Shown piece after piece: positions 37,239 to 47,019 of a stretch of DNA of 64,000 bases (the first letter of the stretch is position 1; each line of letters starts with the position of its first letter). Below the pieces are notes generated by a model. That model was not told the origin of the DNA. It searched no databases and saw only the letters and a list, made by a program, of their open reading frames with translations. This DNA comes from Oceanispirochaeta sp. Lineage in GTDB: Bacteria; Spirochaetota; Spirochaetia; DSM-2461. The translations under genes were made by a program, and so were the position numbers. The DNA is taken from the NCBI GenBank assembly GCA_963666275.2, contig CAXXOA010000001.1, positions 2,464,001 through 2,528,000 of the forward strand. Direction: 5' to 3'.

Positions 37239-38465
37239 CTACTGCTTTCCGGCTTTACGGGAGCGGTTCAGTTTTTCCATAGTCTTGTAGTAGTCGGCAT
37301 TCTTTTTCACTTCTCTGACATCGTCAATAAAAAATTTGTTGTCCACTACCTTGAACTTCTTGTTGTCCATCAGCTTTCTGAGCGCCACAGCCCCCACCTC
37401 TTTGGTAAGCCCCACAATATTGATAAGCTCTTTGGGACCGTAGGGATAGGAGTAGGACCGCTTCTGATTCATATCGATTCTGTTTTTTTCCAGTTCAAGA
37501 ACCAGGCTGTCCCACATCCGGCCCACAGGATCTCCCAGCATTGTATTTTCAAGCTGCTTGTAGATGGACCAGATTCTCTCTGCCAGAAGGATTGTCAGAC
37601 GGGAAATGATCTTGGGCTGTTCCACGACCATACTTTTAAAGTTGCTACGGTTTACAGCCATCAGAACTGAATCTTCATGGGCAATAGCCGAAGCACTGCG
37701 GGGTTTATTTTCAAGAAGAGCCATCTCGCCGAAAATATCGCCCGGTTTGAGCAGAGCCAGCATCACTTCATTGTTATCAACGATTTTGGTAATCCTGATA
37801 CTCCCCTTCTGGATGATGTAGAGTTCGGGGCCGTACTCGCCCTCACTGAAGACCATGGTATCTTTGGGATACTGCCGGATAAACTCCTGGGACTTTTCTA
37901 CATCCAGATAGGCTACTTTGGCATAGGGTTTTATTTTTTCTGCTTTTAACTGCGCCTCTTTGACATGTTCCCCGTCGGGACAGTGTTTGAGGTACTGATA
38001 ATAGGAGTAATAGGCCTGATTGTACTGATTCTGTTTAATATAGTACTCAGCCACCTGAAAAAGATGGGGAGGCTCGATTTCAGCGGCATTTTTAAAGGTC
38101 ATCCGGGTCAGGGCCTGGTCGAGCATTCTGACTTTACGGGAGAACACATTGATGATCTTCATGGCCACAGGAGTATTCCTCTCGATCAGAAGAGGATACT
38201 GTTCACGGCTGACGGAGATCAGGGTGACATCAGAAACGGCCCGGGCTGTTTCCAGGTGATTATGGGAAGCCATGGTTGATACAACACCGAAAAAATCCCC
38301 CGGCTTGAAAATCTCACCGCCGGACTCTTCTTCAATTTCAAACTCTTTTCCGCAATGGACGTTGCCGCTGCGGATTATGTAGAACTGATCTGCCCGTTTG
38401 CCTTCAACCGTAATGTAAGAGCCTTTATTAAAATTGACAAGTCCAAGCTGCAGTGGATTATTCAT
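37239..38465 (-). CDS. Tandem cyclic-nucleotide-binding protein (cNMP-TPR-cNMP-Crp-like)
   Basis: First cNMP domain is degenerate (FFGVVS...HLETA), TPR-like middle region, second cNMP domain canonical (IFGEMALLENKPRSASA). Confidence 0.85.
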   Translation of the reverse strand: MNNPLQLGLVNFNKGSYITVEGKRADQFYIIRSGNVHCGKEFEIEEESGGEIFKPGDFFGVVSTMASHNHLETARAVSDVTLISVSREQYPLLIERNTPVAMKIINVFSRKVRMLDQALTRMTFKNAAEIEPPHLFQVAEYYIKQNQYNQAYYSYYQYLKHCPDGEHVKEAQLKAEKIKPYAKVAYLDVEKSQEFIRQYPKDTMVFSEGEYGPELYIIQKGSIRITKIVDNNEVMLALLKPGDIFGEMALLENKPRSASAIAHEDSVLMAVNRSNFKSMVVEQPKIISRLTILLAERIWSIYKQLENTMLGDPVGRMWDSLVLELEKNRIDMNQKRSYSYPYGPKELINIVGLTKEVGAVALRKLMDNKKFKVVDNKFFIDDVREVKKNADYYKTMEKLNRSRKAGKQ

Positions 38466-38539
38466 CCTTTCTCCCATTTTTATGATACTCAATTCGGGCG
38501 AAGATTTTCCCCTCTTCACCCGAATAATGACATCCGGAT

Positions 38540-39826
38540 TTAGTTATATATCGGGAAATCCTCACATAAAGATTGAACCTTTTTCTGGATTTCGTCAATT
38601 TTATTTTTTTCTCCGCCGCTTTTTAATACCTCAGTAACGTACTGGGCAATGAGTTTCATCTCATTTTCCTTCATTCCTCTGGAAGTAACAGCGGGGGTTC
38701 CGATCCGGACACCGGATGTAACGAATGGACTCTTTTTGTCGAAGGGGATGGCATTCTTGTTCACTGTGATACTCGCTTCATCCAGCCAGGATTCCGCATC
38801 CTTTCCTGTGACATCCATATTGGTCAGATCCACCAGCATGAGATGGTTGTCTGTACCGCCCGAAACGATTCTCACGCCCCCGGCTTCCAGTTCCGCCGCC
38901 AGAACTGCGGCATTTTTAACAACCTGGGACTGATAGGTTTTGAAATCCGGCTGCAGCGCTTCTTTGAATGCTACGGCTTTTGCCGCAATGATATGCATCA
39001 GGGGACCGCCCTGACAGCCGGGGAATATGGATCCGTTGACAAGTTCGGACCAGTTTTTCACCCTGCCGCTTTTAGGGGCAATGGCCCCGATCGTATTTTC
39101 GCCGTCTTTTCCCATAAGGATCATACCGCCCCGGGGTCCCCGGAGTGTTTTATGGGTTGTGGTCGTTGTAAAATGAGAGTCCATCAGAGGAGAGGGATGC
39201 TCACCGGCAGCGACCAGACCGGCAATATGAGCCATATCGGTCATGAGGAAAGCCCCTACTTCATCGGCGATCTCTCTGAATTTTTTGAAATCCAGGGTTC
39301 TGGGATAGGCGGACGCCCCGGCAATGATCATTTTGGGTTTTGTTTCTTTTGCTGTTTTGAGAAGAGCATCGAAATCGATCCTCTCAGTTTCGGGGTCCAC
39401 TCCGTAGCTGACAATATTATAGAGCTGACCGGAGAAGTTAACGGGAGATCCATGGGTCAGATGCCCTCCGTGTGCCAGGCTCATACCAAGAACGGTATCG
39501 CCGGGTTTACAGACTGTCAGGTACACTCCCATGTTTGCCTGACTTCCCGAGTGGGGCTGAACATTGGCGTATTCACAGCCGAAGAGCTCTTTTGCCCTTG
39601 CTATGGCCAGATCTTCCGCCTCATCGACAAATTCGCATCCGCCATAATATCTTTTGGAAGGATAGCCTTCGGCATATTTGTTGGTTAAAACAGATCCGGC
39701 CGCTTCCAGTACGTTGGAAGAGACAATATTCTCAGAAGCGATAAGCTCCAGATTTCCTTTCTGCCGTTTCAGCTCCCGCTGCATTGCCTCAAAAAGCTCG
39801 GGATCATAACTCTTCAATCCGCTCAT
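38540..39826 (-). CDS. glyA: Serine hydroxymethyltransferase
   Basis: [42 protein letters not shown]. Confidence 0.98.
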   Translation of the reverse strand: MSGLKSYDPELFEAMQRELKRQKGNLELIASENIVSSNVLEAAGSVLTNKYAEGYPSKRYYGGCEFVDEAEDLAIARAKELFGCEYANVQPHSGSQANMGVYLTVCKPGDTVLGMSLAHGGHLTHGSPVNFSGQLYNIVSYGVDPETERIDFDALLKTAKETKPKMIIAGASAYPRTLDFKKFREIADEVGAFLMTDMAHIAGLVAAGEHPSPLMDSHFTTTTTHKTLRGPRGGMILMGKDGENTIGAIAPKSGRVKNWSELVNGSIFPGCQGGPLMHIIAAKAVAFKEALQPDFKTYQSQVVKNAAVLAAELEAGGVRIVSGGTDNHLMLVDLTNMDVTGKDAESWLDEASITVNKNAIPFDKKSPFVTSGVRIGTPAVTSRGMKENEMKLIAQYVTEVLKSGGEKNKIDEIQKKVQSLCEDFPIYN

Positions 39827-39884
39827 TCAAATCTCCTTACCAACCGGGCCTCTGACCGGCTGATGCATTATATTCTTATCTTTC

Positions 39885-41504
39885 CTATTCAGAAATATCT
39901 ATAGAACTCCATTGTACCGAACAGCTTTCCAGATGTCCAATCCACTCTTCAAATATATTCTGCTGACTGTATGACTGAAAGTCAATCCTCCGGGAGTTTC
40001 CCCTGAAAGGGATTCCCCTGAGATTTCCCCGGGAAAAAGCGATATACCGGTTATCCAGATACCCCCATCCGCCGGGAGACGGGGCATCATCCGGAAGATA
40101 GGAAGCCAGCATGCCGTCGGGAGCCGAGGGATCAACGGGAAACCATCCGACACCGGGAAGAGAGATTTCCGCCCAGTAATGGGGAATACCCTGTGATCCG
40201 TTGTGAGGCACGAAGATCCCTGAAACCATCCTGGCGGGGACTCCCGAAGCCCGGCAGAGGGCTGTAAAAAAAGAGGCATACCCCAGTGAGTCGGCTACCC
40301 TCTCGGTCATCCACTGGGTATGATCGATGTTCCTGCCTTCCAGATCCGGATCCAGCTTCCACTGAATGTATTCATAGATGAGAAGCCCCTTGGCATAGGG
40401 ATTCCTCTCCCTCAGGACCACCGCAGCGGCTGTTCTTGTAAAATAGTCAACAGGAATGTCTTCGCTGTCTTTCAGCCATCGGCTCATGACGTCCTGATTT
40501 TCATAATGATCGGGAATATCCTCCGGATTGACAGAAAACTCCACATTCTGAGTGGAAACACGGTACTGCCGGGAGATTTCATAGCTGTGGCCGCTTGTGA
40601 GCTCGGAGATACGGAACACCTGAAGATTCCCGTCAAAACGGAATGGTTCCAGGTTCCCCTCCGTATCCAGAAGCTCCTGGCCCGGACGGAAATCAGGCCT
40701 GGGAATCCAGAGGTTCAGAGAATTGCCCGGAAGACTTCCCACCCTGTCAATCATCACCTTCTGGGAGAGAGTCCACTCCCGGGAATCTGAGAGGGTTATT
40801 TCACCGGTTTTTTCCACTTCGATGGTGACAGGATTACTGTAACCCGCTGCGGTACGCACATAAAGGGGGCCCGAAACGGCCTCTTCGGGAAGGAAAAAAG
40901 CGATCTCATTATCGGTCCAGTTATAGTAGTATTCATCGGGAACCGGCAGATAGTCCTCTTCGTCGGGAGCATCCAGAACATCTTCGGGCAGCTCTCCAGT
41001 CAGATTGATAAGAACGGAACTGTTTTTGCGCCTGGCTCCCAGCTTGTCGCCGCTCAGGACCACCAGACCTCCCGGTTTGAAACTGCTGCGGTTGATTGTG
41101 GCAAGATAGGGTTTTCCCGGCAGAAAGGCTCCGATGGACCGGTCCGGCAGGCGCTCGGAAAGGATATACAGGGCCCCTTTGCTCCTGCCGCCGGGGGTTT
41201 CCACATAAACTAGCCCGGACCCTGTCAGTGGGGGGATCCTGACTTTGATTGTATCATCCGACCAGTACTCAATGGCCGAAGCGGGAAGGAATACATCATC
41301 TAGCCAGACCCGGGATTTACTCCTGATGTCGCGAAAGTTGTTTCCCTCGATGATCATAAGATCTCCCGAACGGACCTCTTCCGGTGTGAGAGAGAGAATT
41401 TCAGGAAGCCGCTTGGAAACGGAGAGACTCAGTAGGAACAGAAGGATAAGGCAGACATAGACTGCCGCGGGAACTATATGATAGAGGAAATTCTTTTTAC
41501 TCAT
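39885..41504 (-). CDS. IPT/TIG + transglutaminase-like domain protein, membrane-anchored
   Basis: N-terminal TM, two IPT-like repeats (WSDDTI.V.IP and WTDNEI.F.LP), TGase core ADSLGYA..F.ALCRASGVPAR..SG, HYWAE, GWFPVDP. Confidence 0.82.
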   Translation of the reverse strand: MSKKNFLYHIVPAAVYVCLILLFLLSLSVSKRLPEILSLTPEEVRSGDLMIIEGNNFRDIRSKSRVWLDDVFLPASAIEYWSDDTIKVRIPPLTGSGLVYVETPGGRSKGALYILSERLPDRSIGAFLPGKPYLATINRSSFKPGGLVVLSGDKLGARRKNSSVLINLTGELPEDVLDAPDEEDYLPVPDEYYYNWTDNEIAFFLPEEAVSGPLYVRTAAGYSNPVTIEVEKTGEITLSDSREWTLSQKVMIDRVGSLPGNSLNLWIPRPDFRPGQELLDTEGNLEPFRFDGNLQVFRISELTSGHSYEISRQYRVSTQNVEFSVNPEDIPDHYENQDVMSRWLKDSEDIPVDYFTRTAAAVVLRERNPYAKGLLIYEYIQWKLDPDLEGRNIDHTQWMTERVADSLGYASFFTALCRASGVPARMVSGIFVPHNGSQGIPHYWAEISLPGVGWFPVDPSAPDGMLASYLPDDAPSPGGWGYLDNRYIAFSRGNLRGIPFRGNSRRIDFQSYSQQNIFEEWIGHLESCSVQWSSIDISE

Positions 41505-41531
41505 GAAACATCAGACCTTCCGGAAAAGGGA

Positions 41532-42092
41532 TCAGTTAACAGACTTCTCCAGTGGATTTGCTCCGCTCTCAGGAGCGGTCCCCGCGGAAGCTTCATCGCT
41601 GTTAAGCAGATAAGGACTGATCAGTACAGCCATTTCGACATGAAGCTTTTCAGGATTGTTTAGATTATCCATTTTTCCGAGAGGAAAGAAAAGTACCTGT
41701 TCACCATAATTCAGAGGAATACTCTTCATACTGGTGTAGTAGCGGATGCCGTTTTCTTCTGCGGATCCCGCAGTCTGAACCAGCCATATTTCACTCTGGG
41801 CAACCAGGATCAGTCCCCCTTCGGCTTTTCTATAGGGAGTAAAGTGCACAGAAAGTCTGGCCCTGTCATTTTTCAGATGGATCGTCACAGGCCTTCCGGG
41901 GATTGTGAGCTTCACAACCTCCGATTCCCACAGGACATTTCTGGTATCCTGGGACAGGCTGGCATGGATATGAATGGACAGAGCCTCTTTGAGAAGCTCC
42001 TCCAGAGATTTTTCATTGACCTCCTCAGAGAGCAGAAGAGCTCCGGGGAGGAGAGTCATAATGAGGGCAAACCAGATGAGACGTTTTGTCAA
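41532..42092 (-). CDS. Hypothetical exported protein in the ECF operon
   Basis: Signal peptide; overlaps the anti-sigma stop codon. Confidence 0.7.
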   Translation of the reverse strand: MTKRLIWFALIMTLLPGALLLSEEVNEKSLEELLKEALSIHIHASLSQDTRNVLWESEVVKLTIPGRPVTIHLKNDRARLSVHFTPYRKAEGGLILVAQSEIWLVQTAGSAEENGIRYYTSMKSIPLNYGEQVLFFPLGKMDNLNNPEKLHVEMAVLISPYLLNSDEASAGTAPESGANPLEKSVN

Positions 42093-42661
42093 CGTAGTCC
42101 ACTCCCATCCAGGCTGGCTGTTTTCAGCAGCTGGGAATCGCCGTAAATATCAAAATTCATATCCACGGGAAGTTCCATGCTGGTTTCCTGGGTAAAAAGC
42201 TGACTGTCCGAAGGTTCAAGGAAGGAAAGGAGCTGGTTGATATCCTCTCCCGGTACTGTCAGATCACCCGCCGGTATAGACCAGCCCTCGGAAACAGCAA
42301 TGGGAGGAGCCATATAGCTGGCAGACGGAGTGACATTGCCCGCCGTAAGAAATCCGAAAAAGAAGGCGAGAACCGCAGCGGCTGCGGCGGCAACGGGGAT
42401 TCCCGACCATCCTGAAAAACTCCAGGAGGGAGTGGAATCCTGGACTGTATGCCTCTGACGGATCATCCGCTGAATATCAGAAAACTCCGATGTGAGAACC
42501 GGTTCCGGCAGGGACTGGAGCTGCTCGCTCTGGGAGGCAAACCCTTTTACCAGGGCACTGCATGTTGAACACTCTTCCAGATGATCCCGGATCTGTTCCA
42601 TCCAGGGACTGGAGACCTCACCGTCATAATAGGCGGACAACAGAGTTTTGTCAGGGCACAT
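42089..42661 (-). CDS. Zinc-binding anti-sigma factor (zf-HC2)
   Basis: MCPDKTLLSAYYDGE...HLEECSTC (HxxxCxxC) and one TM helix; overlaps the sigma gene. Confidence 0.88.
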   Translation of the reverse strand: MCPDKTLLSAYYDGEVSSPWMEQIRDHLEECSTCSALVKGFASQSEQLQSLPEPVLTSEFSDIQRMIRQRHTVQDSTPSWSFSGWSGIPVAAAAAAVLAFFFGFLTAGNVTPSASYMAPPIAVSEGWSIPAGDLTVPGEDINQLLSFLEPSDSQLFTQETSMELPVDMNFDIYGDSQLLKTASLDGSGLR

Positions 42662-43163
42662 AGACTTCCCCCTTCTTGAGAATTTCACTGATTTTCTGTC
42701 TGGCTCTGAAAACCCGGATTTTGACATTTCCCTCCGAGATTTTCAGTATTTCACCGATCTGTTTATAATTCAGACCGCCGTACTCTTTCAGGGTCAGAAC
42801 AACCCGCATTTTGTAAGGCAGCTGCATCAACGCATCCTGGACCATCCTTTTGGATTCGTCCTCCATCATACCCTTCTCTCCCTGATTTGTAATTTCAGGT
42901 TTGGGCTCGTGATAGTATTTCTGATAAGCGTTCCTCTCCCGGCCTTTGCGCTTTTCATGATTCAGCGCCAGATTTTTTACAACCCTGATCAGCCAGTATT
43001 TTGACTGGTCTCCGGGGGGTATCTTATCCATTCTTTCAAAATACCGGATAAATGCTTCCTGGCAAAGATCTTCGCTCACGGCATTAGACCCGGTAATCCT
43101 ATAGGCTACACGCATCAAAAGGGGGTATAGCTCGTTGTATGTCCTCTCAAATTCTTCTGACAC
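42651..43163 (-). CDS. rpoE: ECF RNA polymerase sigma factor
   Basis: Region 2 (SEDLCQEAF, WLIRVVKN) and region 4 (LPYKMRVV...NYKQIGEIL...VKIRVFRAR). Confidence 0.9.
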   Translation of the reverse strand: MSEEFERTYNELYPLLMRVAYRITGSNAVSEDLCQEAFIRYFERMDKIPPGDQSKYWLIRVVKNLALNHEKRKGRERNAYQKYYHEPKPEITNQGEKGMMEDESKRMVQDALMQLPYKMRVVLTLKEYGGLNYKQIGEILKISEGNVKIRVFRARQKISEILKKGEVYVP

Positions 43164-43179
43164 GTATCTTACCCTTTAC

Positions 43180-43211
43180 CATAGAAACAGGAGAAACACT
43201 GTAATGTTACA
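43180..43211 (-). promoter_or_regulatory. Possible autoregulatory ECF promoter
   Basis: TGTAAC-N16-TGTTTCTAT between cysS and the sigma gene (AAC-containing -35). Confidence 0.4.
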
Positions 43212-43218
43212 GGATTTT

Positions 43219-44637
43219 TCAGATTTTTTTCCATTGGACCCCGTCGGGTGAATCTATGATCTGAATTCCCCTGGCAAGCAGATCATCCCTGATTTTATCG
43301 GCGGCGGCAAAGTCCCTGTTTTTCCTGGCTTCCTGCCTCTGTCCTATCAGGTCTTCGATCTCTTTATCGAGAGGCTCTTCCGGGCTCTCCTCCGTCTCTT
43401 CGGCTTCGGCCAGGCGGAATCCCATGATCTTGTCCATTTCAAGAAGAAGCCCCAGTTTCTCCCCATCCTGAAGCTCACTGTTTTTCAGGGTGCTCCACAT
43501 ATCCGCAAGACAGCGGGGTGTATTCAGATCCTGGGAGATATGGGAGATAAAGTCATCCATAACTTTCCGGGCTTCCGGTGAGAAGGATTCCACAGCGGCG
43601 GGAGTGCTGCTCTTTTTCAGCTGGATTGTTTTTCTGATTAAACTTTCCCGGGCGCTTCTTGCCGCATCCAGAGATTCCCAGGAGAAAACAAGCTGGGAGC
43701 GGTAGTGCCCTCCCAGGAGGAAATAGCGGTAGTCCATGGCGTCGTAGCCCTTGTCCACCAGATCCTGCAGGGTGAGGAATCCCCCTTTGGATTTGGACAT
43801 TTTACCGTTTTTCATGATGATAAACTCATTATGCAGCCAGTAGTTGACCCATTTACAGCCGTTGGCGGCCTCGGACTGGGCGATTTCGTTGGTATGATGC
43901 ACAGGAACATGATCGATTCCACCGCAGTGGATATCAAAATGAGGTCCCAGATATTTCGAGCTCATGGCACTGCATTCCAGATGCCAGCCGGGATAGCCCA
44001 CTCCCCAGGGGGAGTCCCAGGTCATGGCCTGCTTTTCGAATTTGCTGTTGGTAAACCACAGAACAAAGTCCTGGGCGTTTTTCTTGTTTTCATCCACAGC
44101 CGTACGGGCCCCGTGCTGGAGATCCTGTTTATCCAGCCCGGCCATTTTGCCGTAGGAGGGAAACCGGGATGTATCAAAATAGACATTGCCCCCGGCGGTA
44201 TAGGTATAGCCTTTCTCTTCCAGAGTCCTGACCAGATCGATCATCTCCTGAATGTGCTCTGTGGCTTTGCACACCTGATGGGGAATCCGGATATTCAGAC
44301 GGTCCGTATCCCTGAAAAAAGCTTCTGTGAAAAACTCGGCGATGTCCCATACGGACATTCCCTTTTCCCGGGAGGCTTTGATCATCTTGTCCTCGCCCTC
44401 ATCTCCGTCATCGGTCAGATGGCCCACATCGGTCACATTCATAACATGGGTGACATCGTACCCGGCGTATTCCAGAGTCCGTCTGAGGACATCTTCGAAG
44501 GTATAGGGGCGCATATTGCCTATGTGAGCATAGTTGTAGACGGTAGGTCCGCAGCAGTAGATTCCGACTTTCCCCTCTGTAATGGGTTTAAACTCCTGCA
44601 TTTCTCTTCCGTCGGAATTAAAAAAATGAACCTTCAC
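43219..44637 (-). CDS. cysS: Cysteine--tRNA ligase
   Basis: YCCGPTVY..AHIGN, GYPGWHLECSAMS, HHTNEIAQS, KMSKS. Confidence 0.98.
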   Translation of the reverse strand: MKVHFFNSDGREMQEFKPITEGKVGIYCCGPTVYNYAHIGNMRPYTFEDVLRRTLEYAGYDVTHVMNVTDVGHLTDDGDEGEDKMIKASREKGMSVWDIAEFFTEAFFRDTDRLNIRIPHQVCKATEHIQEMIDLVRTLEEKGYTYTAGGNVYFDTSRFPSYGKMAGLDKQDLQHGARTAVDENKKNAQDFVLWFTNSKFEKQAMTWDSPWGVGYPGWHLECSAMSSKYLGPHFDIHCGGIDHVPVHHTNEIAQSEAANGCKWVNYWLHNEFIIMKNGKMSKSKGGFLTLQDLVDKGYDAMDYRYFLLGGHYRSQLVFSWESLDAARSARESLIRKTIQLKKSSTPAAVESFSPEARKVMDDFISHISQDLNTPRCLADMWSTLKNSELQDGEKLGLLLEMDKIMGFRLAEAEETEESPEEPLDKEIEDLIGQRQEARKNRDFAAADKIRDDLLARGIQIIDSPDGVQWKKI

Positions 44638-44692
44638 AATTTCTCCTCAGCCCAGGTTGTCACGCCCAAAGCGTACAATTATCATAAGTATT

Positions 44693-45613
44693 GTGTACAA
44701 AGTAGAAAAAATCCGCAAAAAAATCAATATAAAGGGACCTGTGAGAGAACAGGAACCCCTGAACAGCCATACAACCTTTCAGACCGGCGGTCCCGCTGAC
44801 ATATATATGGAACCGGAGGATACGGAAGAGCTGATCAGAATTGTCAGAGCCCTGAAGGAGCTGGAGATCCCCTGTTTTATTCTGGGGGGAGGAGCCAATA
44901 TCCTTGTCTCCGACAAAGGCGTGAGGGGCGTCGTGATTTCTACAAGCAGGCTGAACAGAATCGGCCTGACCGGTGAGGTACTGACCCTGGAATCGGGCCT
45001 GGATATCTCTCTGGCTGCCCTGAAAGCAGGCCGATGGGGTCTGGCGGGCCTTGAGTTTATCTACGGCATGCCCGGTTCTGTCGGGGGAGCCCTCTGGATG
45101 AACGCCCGCTGCTACGGGGGAGAGATTTCCCGGAGTCTGATCTGGACGGAAATCCTGAATGAAAAGCTTGAACGGGAGAGAATACCCTTCCGGGAAAGCG
45201 ACTGGGACTACAAAGTTTCCCCCTTTCAGAATAGAGAGTGTGTTATACTTTCCGCAGCGTTCCGGATGCAGCGGAAAAAGGCGTCGGATCTGATATCCCG
45301 TATGGATGATATAAAGAACGACAGGGAGCAGAAAGGACACTACCGGGCCCCCTGCGGAGGGTCCACGTTCAAGAATAACCGCAGTTTCGGCGCTCCCTCG
45401 GGTGTACTGATAGAACGGGCGGGCCTGAAGGGAACCAGAATCGGCGGAGCGGCGGTCTCGTCCTGGCATGGGAATATCCTGATCAACGAAAACCATGCCA
45501 CTTCGACAGAAATTGCCAGCCTGATAGAACTGGTTCAGCAGAAGGTGCAGGCAGAGACCGGTTACCTTCTGGAACCTGAAGTTCTGAAAGTGGGTGAGTG
45601 GTCAGACAGCTGA
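44693..45613 (+). CDS. murB: UDP-N-acetylmuramate dehydrogenase
   Basis: HTTFQTGGPAD, LGGGANILVSD, PGSVGGALWMNA, GSTFKN, HGNILIN, LEPEV. Start refined to GTG 44693 from TTGTCA-N17-TATCAT-N7-GTG. Confidence 0.93.
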   Translation: MYKVEKIRKKINIKGPVREQEPLNSHTTFQTGGPADIYMEPEDTEELIRIVRALKELEIPCFILGGGANILVSDKGVRGVVISTSRLNRIGLTGEVLTLESGLDISLAALKAGRWGLAGLEFIYGMPGSVGGALWMNARCYGGEISRSLIWTEILNEKLERERIPFRESDWDYKVSPFQNRECVILSAAFRMQRKKASDLISRMDDIKNDREQKGHYRAPCGGSTFKNNRSFGAPSGVLIERAGLKGTRIGGAAVSSWHGNILINENHATSTEIASLIELVQQKVQAETGYLLEPEVLKVGEWSDS

Positions 45614-45672
45614 CAGGTCGGTTTAAAAAATACAGACTCCCTGATATGATAACACAATGAGGAGGCAGCAGA

Positions 45673-47019
45673 TTGGAAAACCTGATAGAGAATCTTAAAC
45701 AGTACATGGACCCTCTTCATGACGAATTCCTCAAAGATCTGATGCGCTCTCTCAGTGCAGCGGAGCTGGCGGAAATATGGGATAAATTCACCCCCGAGGA
45801 AAAACTGAAACTCTTTCTTGTGATTGAGCCTGAAAACAGGGGCGATCTTCTCCATGAACTGCCCCTGTATGAACAGGAGCACCTTATAAGCGAACTTTCG
45901 GAAAAGGGCGCCAGGGATCTCCTGGACCAGATGGAACCGGATGACCTGGTAGACCTTATTCAGGATCTGAGTCCTGAACTGCGTTCGTCCGTCTGGGAGA
46001 ATATGAGCTCCAAGGCCCGGGATGAAATGACCTTTCTCCTTCGCTTTGACGAAGATGATGCGGCAGGACTGATGACAACCCGTTACGCCGCCATCCTGGC
46101 GGATATTTCGGTGGTACATGCGCTGAACTTTATCCGATCCAATATGGACAAACTGGAAACAGTCTATTACGTCTACGTGGTGGATCACCTGAAAAGGCTG
46201 ATCGGCGTAGTCTCTCTGAAGGATATCCTGAGGGCCAGGGATGCGGATAAAATTTCCGATATTATGCAGGATGATGTGATTTTCGTTCATGACGATACGG
46301 ACCAGGAGGAGTCTGCCCGGGTTCTGGAAAACCACGACCTGCTGGCTCTCCCCGTAGTGGACCGGTTCAACAGACTCCTGGGTATTATCACCTTCGATGA
46401 CGTGATCGATGTTATCAGGGAGGAACAGACCGAGGATATTTATAAGATGGGTGCCATGGTGGGCGACACCATGAGCTATATGGAAACCTCCATCTGGGGT
46501 CTTGTGAAGAAAAGGCTTCCCTGGCTGATTATCCTGCTGGCAGCGGGAACCATCACCACCAACGTGCTCCACTCCTATGAATCCTTCTATCTGACGGCAG
46601 CATTCCTGACGCTGTTTATTCCTGTCATAACCCAGACAGGGGGTAATTCGGGAACCCAGTCGTCGACCCTGATGATCCGGGGGCTTGCCACGGGGGAACT
46701 CCATTTCCGGGATCTGTGGAAGGTCATGGTCAAAGAGATGCTAGTGGGGCTTCTGATCGGAGCTGTCACAGGACTGGTGATCCTGACCAGAGCCTATTTT
46801 ACTCCTCCCGGGATCAATTTTCTTCCCGCAGTAGCCATTGCCATCTCCCTGTGCTGCGTTGTGATTTTCGCCACCGTTCTGGGAGCCCTGGTTCCCATGC
46901 TGATACACAGACTGGGATTTGACCCCACCGTTGCGGCCGGGCCTCTCATGTCGACTGTGATTGATGTGTGCGGACTGACCATTTTCTTTGAAGTCTCCCG
47001 GCGCGTTCTTCATCTATGA
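45673..47019 (+). CDS. mgtE: Magnesium transporter MgtE
   Basis: MgtE_N domain, CBS pair, RLPWL, GGNSGTQS, DPTVAAGP..ST..D. Confidence 0.95.
   Translation: MENLIENLKQYMDPLHDEFLKDLMRSLSAAELAEIWDKFTPEEKLKLFLVIEPENRGDLLHELPLYEQEHLISELSEKGARDLLDQMEPDDLVDLIQDLSPELRSSVWENMSSKARDEMTFLLRFDEDDAAGLMTTRYAAILADISVVHALNFIRSNMDKLETVYYVYVVDHLKRLIGVVSLKDILRARDADKISDIMQDDVIFVHDDTDQEESARVLENHDLLALPVVDRFNRLLGIITFDDVIDVIREEQTEDIYKMGAMVGDTMSYMETSIWGLVKKRLPWLIILLAAGTITTNVLHSYESFYLTAAFLTLFIPVITQTGGNSGTQSSTLMIRGLATGELHFRDLWKVMVKEMLVGLLIGAVTGLVILTRAYFTPPGINFLPAVAIAISLCCVVIFATVLGALVPMLIHRLGFDPTVAAGPLMSTVIDVCGLTIFFEVSRRVLHL

Noticed and set aside
39827..39884. Hairpin upstream of glyA as a ZTP/THF/glycine riboswitch
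   Set aside because: It is only a short CAGCCGG/CCGGTTG stem between TATAAT and the SD, too short and lacking aptamer consensus.
45614..45672. M-box riboswitch before mgtE (also a lysine riboswitch before nhaC and a c-di-AMP riboswitch before proV)
   Set aside because: The leaders are too short or are unstructured AT-rich sequence with no consensus elements.
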